From a virus, in IMG/VR virus record IMGVR_UViG_3300008009_000010: 64,000 bases of DNA; one strand, written 5' to 3'. Below the pieces are notes generated by a model. It was given only the letters and a program-made list of their open reading frames with translations, searched no databases and had not been told where the DNA came from. The position numbers and the translations under genes are program-made. Numbering within the stretch: position 1 is the stretch's first letter; each line of letters starts with the position of its first letter. Shown piece by piece: positions 55,465 through 63,923 of this stretch.

Positions 55465-56166
55465 ATGAATATTGGTTACGAAAAACCTATGACTGAAAAC
55501 TTCATTAGAAAAAATCAAGATGAAGTAGACTGGAATTATATTTCTAAATATCAGAAATTTTCTGAAGATTTTATTAGAGAATTTAAGAATAAAGTAGATT
55601 GGATTTATATTTCTGCATATCAAAACCTTTCTGAAAAATTTATTAGAGAATTTCAAGATAAAGTAGACTGGGATAATATTTCTATATATCAAAAACTCTC
55701 AGAAGATTTTATTAGAGAATTTCAAGATAATGTAGACTGGGATTATATTTCTGAACATCAAACCCTATCAGAAGTTTTTATTAGAGAATTCCAAGATAAA
55801 TTATATAATGGAATTCATTAGTGATAACTGGACTTATAAAGATACATCATTCAAAAAAGAACAAGTTGTTAAAACTGAATTGTATGAATGTCATGATGAT
55901 TACTTTATTGCTTATAAAGGCATTAAAAATGATAGGTATAGCAACTACAATTTTCAGTATCAGTATTTAGCTGATAATACATATAGTTCTTGGGCTGATA
56001 GTACTTCAAATGAAAATTCGTTTGGACTTTCTGTATGGACAGAAAAAGAAGCAAAAAATTACTGAAACGAATTAGTCATTAAAGTTAAAGTTAAATATAA
56101 AGATGTTGCTAGAGTTGTACATAATGGAGGCAAAATTAGATGTTTTAAACTTACTGTTCTTAACTG
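55465..56166 (+). pseudogene. Trp-repeat gene copy B, with a +1 frameshift (~55805) and an in-frame TGA (56063-56065)
   Basis: 4 repeats; TTATATAATGGAA vs paralog TTATATATGGAA; Y*NEL vs paralog YCNQL; remainder intact to the TGA at 56164. Confidence 0.85.
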
Positions 56167-56265
56167 ACAATATTTTTAAAAATATATTGACAAACTTTTA
56201 GAAATAAAGTATTCTATATTTGTGGTTAACGAGATAGAAACAATACTTTCTAAAGGATATTTGAA

Positions 56266-57174
56266 ATGAATATTAATTACAAAGTACCTATGACAGAAGA
56301 TTTTATCAGAGAAAATCAAGATAATGTAGACTGGAGGTATATTTCTAAATGGCAAAAGCTTTCTGAAAATTTTATTAGAGAATTCCAAGATAAAGTAAAC
56401 TGGGGTTCTATCTCAGCGTGCCAAAACCTTTCTGAAGATTTTATCAGAAAATTTAAGAACAGAGTAGGTTGGGGTTATATTTCTAGATACCAAAAGCTTT
56501 CAGAAAATTTTATTAGAAAGTTTAAGAATAAAGTAGACTGGAATTGTATTTCTAAATGTCAAGAGCTTTCTGAAGAATTTATTAGAGAATTTCAGGATAA
56601 AGTAAGTTGGGGATGTATTTCAGCTTATCAAAACCTTTCCAAAAATTCTATTAGAGAGTTTAAGAATAAAGTAGGCTGGAATTATATCTCTAGGTACCAA
56701 AACCTTTCTGAAGAATTTATTAGAGAGTTTAAGAATAAAGTAAACTGGAAGTGCATTTCTAAATACCAAAAGCTTTCTGAAAACTTTATTTGTGAGTTTC
56801 AAGATAAAGTAGATATGGAATTGATTAGTGATAATTGGGTCTATAAAGATACATCATTCAAAAAAGAACAAGTTGTTAAAACTGGATTGTATGAATGCTA
56901 TGATGATTACTTTATTGCTTATAAAGGTATTAGAAGTGACCGGTATAGCAACTTTAATTTTCAATATCAATACTTGAAAAATAATACTTATTCTTCTTGG
57001 GCTGATTCTAGTAAAGATGAAAATTCTTTTGGGCTTTCTGTATGGACAGAAAAAGAAGCTGAAAAATATTGTAATCAGTTAGTCATTAAAGTCAAAGTTA
57101 AATACGAAGATGTTGCTAGAGTTGTACATTCAGGAGGTAAAATTAGATGTTTTAAATTTACTGTTCTTGATTGA
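56266..57174 (+). CDS. Trp-repeat (23-aa) protein, copy C
   Basis: 7 repeats plus the same C-terminal domain as copy A; 302 aa like copy A. Confidence 0.85.
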   Translation: MNINYKVPMTEDFIRENQDNVDWRYISKWQKLSENFIREFQDKVNWGSISACQNLSEDFIRKFKNRVGWGYISRYQKLSENFIRKFKNKVDWNCISKCQELSEEFIREFQDKVSWGCISAYQNLSKNSIREFKNKVGWNYISRYQNLSEEFIREFKNKVNWKCISKYQKLSENFICEFQDKVDMELISDNWVYKDTSFKKEQVVKTGLYECYDDYFIAYKGIRSDRYSNFNFQYQYLKNNTYSSWADSSKDENSFGLSVWTEKEAEKYCNQLVIKVKVKYEDVARVVHSGGKIRCFKFTVLD

Positions 57175-57257
57175 AATATGTTGACAATCTTTTAGAAATG
57201 AAGTACTCTATATTTGTGGTTAACGAGATAGATAATTTTTCTAAAGGAGACTTTAAA

Positions 57258-57437
57258 ATGAAATTTGGCCAAAGAGTTTGTGTTACTAAAGGCAAAAATC
57301 ATTATGTTTATGGAATTATTACTGGTATGAAGGGTAAAAAAGTTAAAGTCAAACAAGATCATTATTATGGAATTGAAAAAATTGATCAAGAATGTTTTAA
57401 TGGAGTTTGGGTTTCTCGTTCACAAATTATGGCATAA
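57258..57437 (+). CDS. Small SH3/KOW-like hypothetical protein
   Basis: Likely start at 57258 (AAAGGAG RBS); GQRVCV..G...G.I. Confidence 0.55.
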   Translation: MKFGQRVCVTKGKNHYVYGIITGMKGKKVKVKQDHYYGIEKIDQECFNGVWVSRSQIMA

Positions 57438-57453
57438 GAAAAATAAAATATTT

Positions 57454-57489
57454 ACAATGGAGTTAAAAATAAAATTTTAGCTCCATTGT
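57454..57489 (+). terminator. Inverted repeat, terminator-like
   Basis: ACAATGGAGTTAAAA/TTTTAGCTCCATTGT followed by TTT. Confidence 0.55.
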
Positions 57490-57553
57490 TTTATAAGAAA
57501 AATTAGATATTATTGAGGTAAGATTTTAAATAATTTTCATTTTAAGGGTATAT

Positions 57554-59254
57554 ATGAAAACTTTAGAAGAAATTGCTAATGAAGCATATTACAATGAAGA
57601 GCAATCACTTATCACTGATGAAGAATTTAATTTATTAAGTGATACAGGGTTAGAGATTTCTAATTTTAGAAATAAAACAGAACATTATCAAGCAATGGGA
57701 TCATTAAAAAAAATCAAAACAAAAGAAGAATTTGAAAAATGGGTATCAGGTAAGTACAAAGTAACACCTAAACTTGATGGGAATTCTATTGAGTTAGTTT
57801 ATGAAAATGGAATTTTAATAAAAGCAATAACTCGTGGAAATGGATATATTGGAAATAATTGTACAGATAAAGTAGTACATTGTAATATTAAATATAGTCC
57901 AACAAATATGGAATTACATAGTGTAAAATGTGAAGCTATCATGAAGAAAGAATTTCAAAAATTATTTGAAAAGAACATTAGAAATGTTGTTGCAGGAACC
58001 CTTGGTCGTAAATCAGTTGTTAAAGAAGAACTTAATAAAATTGATATTCTAGTTTTTGAAGAACTTGATTCACATTATTTTAATAGTTATGAAGAAATAG
58101 AAAAACAATTTCATTATTGGAAAGAAAAATATCCTTATGAAATTGATGGAATTGTAGTAGAACTTGAAACTTCTATTTATAAAGAAAGTGACAAGTTACT
58201 GCCAGCAAATATAATTGCACTGAAATTCAATAAAGATGGAATAGATGCAGTTATAGGTAAAGTTGAATGGAATCTAGGAAAACATGGAAGACTCACACCA
58301 GTGTTAATTCTTGAGAAAGCTATTGACATTGATGGTACTATGGTTCAACGTGTTTCCGCCTCTAATTATGGTATTTTGAAAGCAGCAGGGCTAAATGTAG
58401 GAGCTAAAGTAAAAGTCATTAAATCAGGAGATATTATCCCTTATATTTCTTCTGTTATTTCTAAATCAAAACAACAGTTAATGATTCCATGTTGCCCTAA
58501 ATGTGGTTCTGAAGCTGAAATTTCTGAAAGTGGTATTCATGCAACTTGCCCAAATAATAATTGTTTGAGTAAAAAAATTGTTGAATTACAACATATATTT
58601 AAAGTTTTTGATCTTGAATATATTTCTGATTCAACTATTGAAAATTTATTTTATAATGCTGGGTTTATTTCTTTAGAAGATTTCCTTAATGCTTCTGAAA
58701 AAGATTTTGAAAATGTTGCCGGTTTTGGTAAAAGTAAAACTAACAATATTATCTCAAAATTGAAAAATTTAAAATTAACTGAAGCACAAGTCATTGAATG
58801 TGCTATGGTTAAAGGTATCAGTTCTTCACAAAGTAAAAAACTTATTGAACATTTCGGAAATATTGAAAATTTTATTTTCAATGCAAAAAATACAATTATT
58901 TCTGATATTGAGGGCTTTGGCATTGTTTTAGAAAAAACTATTCATGAAAATATCAACCAATTCTTTAAAATTTATTCCACTCTAAAAAATTGTAATGTTG
59001 AAATTATCAAAGAAGTCCATAATGAAAATAAAAAAATGTTTAAAAATATTGGTTTTACAGGAGTGCACCCCACAATGACAAGAAAAGAACTTTCTACATA
59101 TCTTGAAGATAAAGGTTATACAATTCAATCAACAATAAATAAGAATACGGATCTTCTTCTTACTTCTGATCCAAATTCTATTTCTTCTAAAACCAAGAAA
59201 GCTAAGGAATTAAATGTCAATATTATCTCATACGAAGATTTCTTTAAAAGCTAA
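57554..59254 (+). CDS. ligA: NAD+-dependent DNA ligase (compact) with a BRCT domain
   Basis: AYYNE domain Ia, PKLDG, AITRGNG.IG, EIDGIVV, ALKF, LTPV, VIKSGDIIP, CPKC..C Zn finger, HhH GFG, BRCT GFTG. Confidence 0.95.
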   Translation: MKTLEEIANEAYYNEEQSLITDEEFNLLSDTGLEISNFRNKTEHYQAMGSLKKIKTKEEFEKWVSGKYKVTPKLDGNSIELVYENGILIKAITRGNGYIGNNCTDKVVHCNIKYSPTNMELHSVKCEAIMKKEFQKLFEKNIRNVVAGTLGRKSVVKEELNKIDILVFEELDSHYFNSYEEIEKQFHYWKEKYPYEIDGIVVELETSIYKESDKLLPANIIALKFNKDGIDAVIGKVEWNLGKHGRLTPVLILEKAIDIDGTMVQRVSASNYGILKAAGLNVGAKVKVIKSGDIIPYISSVISKSKQQLMIPCCPKCGSEAEISESGIHATCPNNNCLSKKIVELQHIFKVFDLEYISDSTIENLFYNAGFISLEDFLNASEKDFENVAGFGKSKTNNIISKLKNLKLTEAQVIECAMVKGISSSQSKKLIEHFGNIENFIFNAKNTIISDIEGFGIVLEKTIHENINQFFKIYSTLKNCNVEIIKEVHNENKKMFKNIGFTGVHPTMTRKELSTYLEDKGYTIQSTINKNTDLLLTSDPNSISSKTKKAKELNVNIISYEDFFKS

Positions 59255-59406
59255 GAAAAAAATTATTTCTTGCTGTTTTGTTGTGTATGAAAATTCTATT
59301 CCTTGGCACAGTTTGAGAGATCATTCTTCTAATAAAATTGGAATACATACTTATATATTAGTTTCTAATTGTGTTGATTAATATTTTTAAAAAAGGAGTA
59401 TTAAAA

Positions 59407-59754
59407 ATGCCTAATTTTAAATTTAAAATATATGAGAATAAAGAAGATTACTTAAAAATGAAAGAAAATTTTAAATCTTTATTATGTGAAAGAAAAAGCT
59501 TGACTCATTATCATTATATTTTGTATAATCTTTTAAGAAATAAAAATCCTAATATTGATATTACAAAATTTAATGGGGATACTTATTATAAATTGAAAAA
59601 TAAAGTTGAATTTATCATAAATTATAAAATGCTGTTTAACTTAAATTATCATTTTTTAAAAATTTTTAATATATCAGATATAGATTTTATAGAAATTAAT
59701 AATTATATTTATGAAACATACTTCAAAGGGAAAAAACCACATGAAAACATTTAA
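59407..59754 (+). CDS. Hypothetical protein
   Basis: Likely start at 59407 (AAGGAG RBS); HYILYNLLRNK. Confidence 0.6.
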   Translation: MPNFKFKIYENKEDYLKMKENFKSLLCERKSLTHYHYILYNLLRNKNPNIDITKFNGDTYYKLKNKVEFIINYKMLFNLNYHFLKIFNISDIDFIEINNYIYETYFKGKKPHENI

Positions 59755-59956
59755 AGAGTATATTAAATTCGGAAAAATTGAAGGTTATCTATCAGAAGCA
59801 GCTTATGATTCAAATTTAGGTGCTGTTGAAATGATTGCATTCTTTCAAAAAGCATCTCCTGATGAAATTGAAAAAATGGAAAAAATTGTTAAAAATGAAA
59901 ATTGGGATGATTTTAAAAAATTAATTAAAAAAGTGCTAAATGTTCAATTACATTAA
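59741..59956 (+). CDS. Putative small internal head protein
   Basis: Likely start at 59741: MKTFKEY...YLSEA. Confidence 0.65.
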   Translation: MKTFKEYIKFGKIEGYLSEAAYDSNLGAVEMIAFFQKASPDEIEKMEKIVKNENWDDFKKLIKKVLNVQLH

Positions 59957-59996
59957 TTTTTTTAATAATATCTATTTTTAAAAAAAGAGAATAAAA

Positions 59997-60455
59997 ATGA
60001 AAGAAATTCAAGGGGATTTAATAGAATTAGCATTAAATGGTAAATTTGATGTTATAGTTCATGGATGTAACTGTTTTTGTAATATGGGAGCCGGTATTGC
60101 TAAAACAATAAAAGAAATATTTCCTGATGCTTATTATAGAGATTTACAAACAATAAAAGGGGATAAAACAAAATTAGGTACCTTAAATTTTAGTTATGAA
60201 TCTAAAATCCCTTTGTATATTATTAATGCTTATACACAATATTATTATGGCATATCTGAAAATGGTAATGTACCTGTAGATTATGAAGCTATTCGTTCTT
60301 GTATGAAAAAATTAAAATCTTTATTTAAAAATTCTCATATAGGAATGCCACTTATTGGTTGTGGACTTGCAGGAGGTAAATGGGAAATTGTAAAGAAAAT
60401 AATTGATGAAGAATTAAAAGGAATGAATGTAACTATTGTTCATTACAAAGGATAA
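59997..60455 (+). CDS. Macro-domain protein (ADP-ribose hydrolase, T4 Tk.4-like)
   Basis: IQGDL, IVHGCNCF.NMGAGIA, INAYTQ, MPLIGCGLAGGKW. Confidence 0.92.
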   Translation: MKEIQGDLIELALNGKFDVIVHGCNCFCNMGAGIAKTIKEIFPDAYYRDLQTIKGDKTKLGTLNFSYESKIPLYIINAYTQYYYGISENGNVPVDYEAIRSCMKKLKSLFKNSHIGMPLIGCGLAGGKWEIVKKIIDEELKGMNVTIVHYKG

Positions 60456-60754
60456 AGAATGAAAAATTTTATTATAGATGCTTCACATATTGAAGTTTTA
60501 ATATCAGATGATGATACAACTATTTGTGTTTATTGTGGGGTTAAAATTTCTGATAATCCAGATGACGAAATTTGTATTTGTGGTTCTTGTTGTGATAAAT
60601 ATTATAGTTTTCCAAAAAAATGACTAAAATATTCTCTATTATTTTTTAATTAAATTCCTTAGTATATTTTGCTATTGATGGAATTTTTTTATTTTTAAAA
60701 AATCTTTTTAAATAATAACAACTATAAAAAACAGAATAAAAAGGGGTATAACAA

Positions 60755-61294
60755 ATGAAAATATTTATTATTTCAGGAAAAGGTGGTTCAGGTAAAGATA
60801 CATTTGTTGAATTATATAGCAAATATATAGAAAAAAAATATAATGATGTATGTTATAACATTTCATCAGTGGATGAAATAAAAGAAATAGCAAGAAAATA
60901 TTTTGGATGGAAAGGACAAAAAACATCTGAATGGAGAAAAACTCTTTCAGATTTAAAAGATTTACAAACTAGAAGTTGTGATGGGCCATTTAACTATATG
61001 AAAATTTGTTTTTCTAATATTATTAAAGAAGAATTTCATCATAACAGAGAATGTGTTGTATTTTTACATATAAGGGAAACAGAAGAAATTGAACGTGCTA
61101 AAAAAGAATTTAATGCTAAGACAATTCTAATAAAACGTTTTGATGAAACAGTTTCCTATGGTAATCATGCAGATGATAATGTTGAAAATTATAACTATGA
61201 TTATGTATTTGAAAATTATGGAACATTAGAAGAATTGAATGAAAAAGTTATTGAATTAGTAAAAATAGAAGAAAAGGAATCATTGACAAAATAA
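60755..61294 (+). CDS. Deoxynucleoside monophosphate kinase-like protein
   Basis: ISGKGGSGKDT, SSVD.IK.IA..FGW.G.K..EWRK.L, HIRE..E. Confidence 0.8.
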   Translation: MKIFIISGKGGSGKDTFVELYSKYIEKKYNDVCYNISSVDEIKEIARKYFGWKGQKTSEWRKTLSDLKDLQTRSCDGPFNYMKICFSNIIKEEFHHNRECVVFLHIRETEEIERAKKEFNAKTILIKRFDETVSYGNHADDNVENYNYDYVFENYGTLEELNEKVIELVKIEEKESLTK

Positions 61295-61348
61295 ATTATA
61301 TTTGTTATAATGTATAAAATAACAACTTAATTAGGAGAAGAAGAAAAA

Positions 61349-61519
61349 ATGTCACAAAAAAATCAAGATGAATTTGTATTACCTTGTGGTTGTGTTTCAA
61401 TGAAGATTGATGGATTTGGTTGGAAAACAATTCTTTGTGAAGATTGTGAAGAAAATGAAGAAAGTGAATATTTTACACCTCAGAAAGTAGGTAAATTTAG
61501 GGATCAATATTCCCAATAA
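61349..61519 (+). CDS. Small Cys-containing protein (56 aa)
   Basis: Read manually; AGGAG RBS; LPCGC...CEDC. Confidence 0.5.
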   Translation: MSQKNQDEFVLPCGCVSMKIDGFGWKTILCEDCEENEESEYFTPQKVGKFRDQYSQ

Positions 61520-61572
61520 TAAGTTAGAAAAAGATTTTAACTTTAACAAATTAACTAAAGGAGAACTAAAAA

Positions 61573-62253
61573 ATGGGCAAAGAAAAATCTTTTATGTACA
61601 CTGATACCGAAATTACTGTATTGCGTAATTTTTCAAGTATCAACACTTCAATGGTGTTAAAAGGAACAGGATTTAGTGTGATTAATAACTCTAAATCAGT
61701 TATTGGTAATTTTGAATTTGAACAACCTTATGACTATGAATCATTTGGTATTTATGAAACTTCAGAATTTTTAACAGCACTTAATGCAATGAAAGATCCT
61801 AAAATTGTTGTATCTGAAAAATATCTTACAATTATGGATGGTACTTCAAAACTTAAATATTTTACAACAGCACAAGATTTGCTACCTGTTGTTCCTGATG
61901 TTGAAACAAAATTTTCTACTCTTGATTGTGAACTAGATTTTACTATTACAGCTGATAAATTAGCTTTTCTTTTAAAAATGGCATCTATTCTTAAATCTAA
62001 ATTTCTTTTCTTTGAAACGGATTCTAAAAAAATTCGTATAACTGCGGGGGATGAATTGTCTTCAAGTAATAATTCTTATGTTGTTGAAATTTCCGATTGT
62101 ATTAAATCTAATCGCCTTGATGCTCCTGTGAAAATTGCATTAGAATTTTTTAAACTTATTCCTAGTGATTATAACGTTTCTCTAAGCAAAAAAATTAGTA
62201 AATGGGTTTCACCAAATGGAATAGTTTATTATGTAGGATGTTCAGCAGTATAA
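61573..62253 (+). CDS. gp45: Sliding clamp gp45
   Basis: T..VLRNFSSINTS, FGIYETSEFL, F.I....L..LLKMASIL; precedes gp44/gp62. Confidence 0.9.
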   Translation: MGKEKSFMYTDTEITVLRNFSSINTSMVLKGTGFSVINNSKSVIGNFEFEQPYDYESFGIYETSEFLTALNAMKDPKIVVSEKYLTIMDGTSKLKYFTTAQDLLPVVPDVETKFSTLDCELDFTITADKLAFLLKMASILKSKFLFFETDSKKIRITAGDELSSSNNSYVVEISDCIKSNRLDAPVKIALEFFKLIPSDYNVSLSKKISKWVSPNGIVYYVGCSAV

Positions 62254-62367
62254 AATGATTATCTATTCAGAAAAAATATCCCTTAAATGATTTATTTTTT
62301 TAATTAATAAACCATTTGAGGGATTTTTCTAATCATTAAAAGATATATTGATCTGTATAATAAGTGA

Positions 62368-62471
62368 ATAAGACGCAAAAACTAGCATAGAACACAAACT
62401 TTATGATTGAGGCGGGGTAACCTACCAATAGACAAAATAAAGGCTATCAGAAGCTAATTTCAGCGGCTTAT
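62368..62471 (+). ncRNA. Putative rod-like structured RNA or leader between gp45 and gp44
   Basis: Five nested helices ending in a GTAA (GNRA) tetraloop. Confidence 0.35.
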
Positions 62472-62523
62472 AATGTATATTGAAGTAAAAATAAATAAAA
62501 ATACTAAAAATGGAGTTTAAAAA

Positions 62524-63477
62524 ATGGAACAAATTGGGCAAAGTAGTCTTTATTGTGAAAAGTATCGTCCAAGTAAAATTAATGATATTATTTTACCAGC
62601 AAAATATAAAAACTTGATTGAAAATATAATCAAGCAAGGTGAAACCCCTAATTTACTTTTATCAGGAAGTGCTGGAATTGGTAAAACTACATTAGCAAAA
62701 ATCATTGGGATTGAATTGAAATCAGATGTACTTTTTATTAATGCATCTGTTGAAAATGGGATTGATACTGTTCGATATAAAGTTCAACAATTTGCTTCAA
62801 CCTCATCTTTTTCAGATAGTAAAAAAATTGTTATATTAGATGAAATGGAACGTCTTGGTGGTAGTAATGGTTCAACAGGGGCACAAGATGCTTTAAAAGG
62901 TATTATTGAAGCAACAGATAAAAATTGTAGGTTCATATTTACAACAAACAATCTTTCAAAAATTATTGATCCTTTAAAATCTCGAACCCAATTAATAGAT
63001 TTTTCATTCACTAAAATTGATATTCAAGAAATTATCATTCAATATTTCAAACGTTGTTGTTATATTCTTGATAATGAAAACATAAAATATGACAAGAAAA
63101 TTTTAGCAGATTTTATCAAGAAACTTTATCCTGATTTTAGAAAAATTTTAAATGAAATTCAAAAAGCTGTTTCGATGTTTGGTTGTATTGATAAACAAGT
63201 TTTTTCAATTTCTTCTGATGCTGTTTTAGACAACTTATTAACAGCATTGAAAAATAAAAAATTCTTTGATGTACAAAAAATTATCAATCAACTTGATCCG
63301 AATGATCTTTATACACTGCTAGATGAAAAATTATTAGATTTATTGAAACCTGAATGTTTACCTGATATTACATTTATTCTTGGAGAAGGTGCATATAGAA
63401 ATGCAACATCAACAGATAGAATGATTCAAGCAAGAGATACCTGTTGTCAAATTATGAAAACAGCTATCTGGAAATAA
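62524..63477 (+). CDS. gp44: Clamp loader large subunit gp44 (AAA+)
   Basis: EKYRP, LLSGSAGIGKTT, INAS, ILDE, CRFIFTTN, LKSR, PDFRK. Confidence 0.95.
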   Translation: MEQIGQSSLYCEKYRPSKINDIILPAKYKNLIENIIKQGETPNLLLSGSAGIGKTTLAKIIGIELKSDVLFINASVENGIDTVRYKVQQFASTSSFSDSKKIVILDEMERLGGSNGSTGAQDALKGIIEATDKNCRFIFTTNNLSKIIDPLKSRTQLIDFSFTKIDIQEIIIQYFKRCCYILDNENIKYDKKILADFIKKLYPDFRKILNEIQKAVSMFGCIDKQVFSISSDAVLDNLLTALKNKKFFDVQKIINQLDPNDLYTLLDEKLLDLLKPECLPDITFILGEGAYRNATSTDRMIQARDTCCQIMKTAIWK

Positions 63478-63515
63478 TTATAATCTTTATTTTTTCAAAT
63501 TAAAAAGGTAACTTA

Positions 63516-63923
63516 ATGCCAGAATTATTTGATTACTTAAAAAGTCTTACTAATAAAAAAATTAAATATGAAAGCGAAGAAGACTTTAAAGGGTATTCCC
63601 AGTGGATGATTAATCGTTATTTATCAACTATTGATTCTTTATTACCCATTGTTTCCGAAATAAATAGAGAATATATTATTTCGGATAAAGCTCATTATAA
63701 TTTATTTTTTACTATTATACCAAAGTCAAACTCTTATTTAAAATATAATTTTAAAAAAGAAAAAAATGATAAAGAAATTGAATATCTAATGAATTATTTT
63801 AATTGTGATTTTCATTTAGCAAAAACATATTCAGAATTAATATCTAAAGAAGAATTTGAAAAAATTATTTCTTTTTATGAAGATAGAGGTTATAAGCAAA
63901 CAACAAAAAGGAGAAAGAAATGA
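63516..63923 (+). CDS. gp62: Clamp loader small subunit gp62
   Basis: LFDYLKSL, YSQWMINRYLS, HYNL...IPK. Confidence 0.85.
   Translation: MPELFDYLKSLTNKKIKYESEEDFKGYSQWMINRYLSTIDSLLPIVSEINREYIISDKAHYNLFFTIIPKSNSYLKYNFKKEKNDKEIEYLMNYFNCDFHLAKTYSELISKEEFEKIISFYEDRGYKQTTKRRKK

Noticed and set aside
49394-57174. 69-bp periodic repeats as a CRISPR array or DGR template/variable region
   Set aside because: The repeats are in-frame protein repeats without unique spacers; variation is not adenine-specific; no reverse transcriptase or cas gene is in the window.
44597-63011. Antisense or off-frame ORFs within the cytochrome, tandem genes, repeat genes, ligA and gp44 (44597, 45840, 46140, 46623, 49920, 55435, 56176, 56620, 57192, 58651, 62784)
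   Set aside because: Shadows of real genes; repeat-derived periodicity keeps the alternative frames open.
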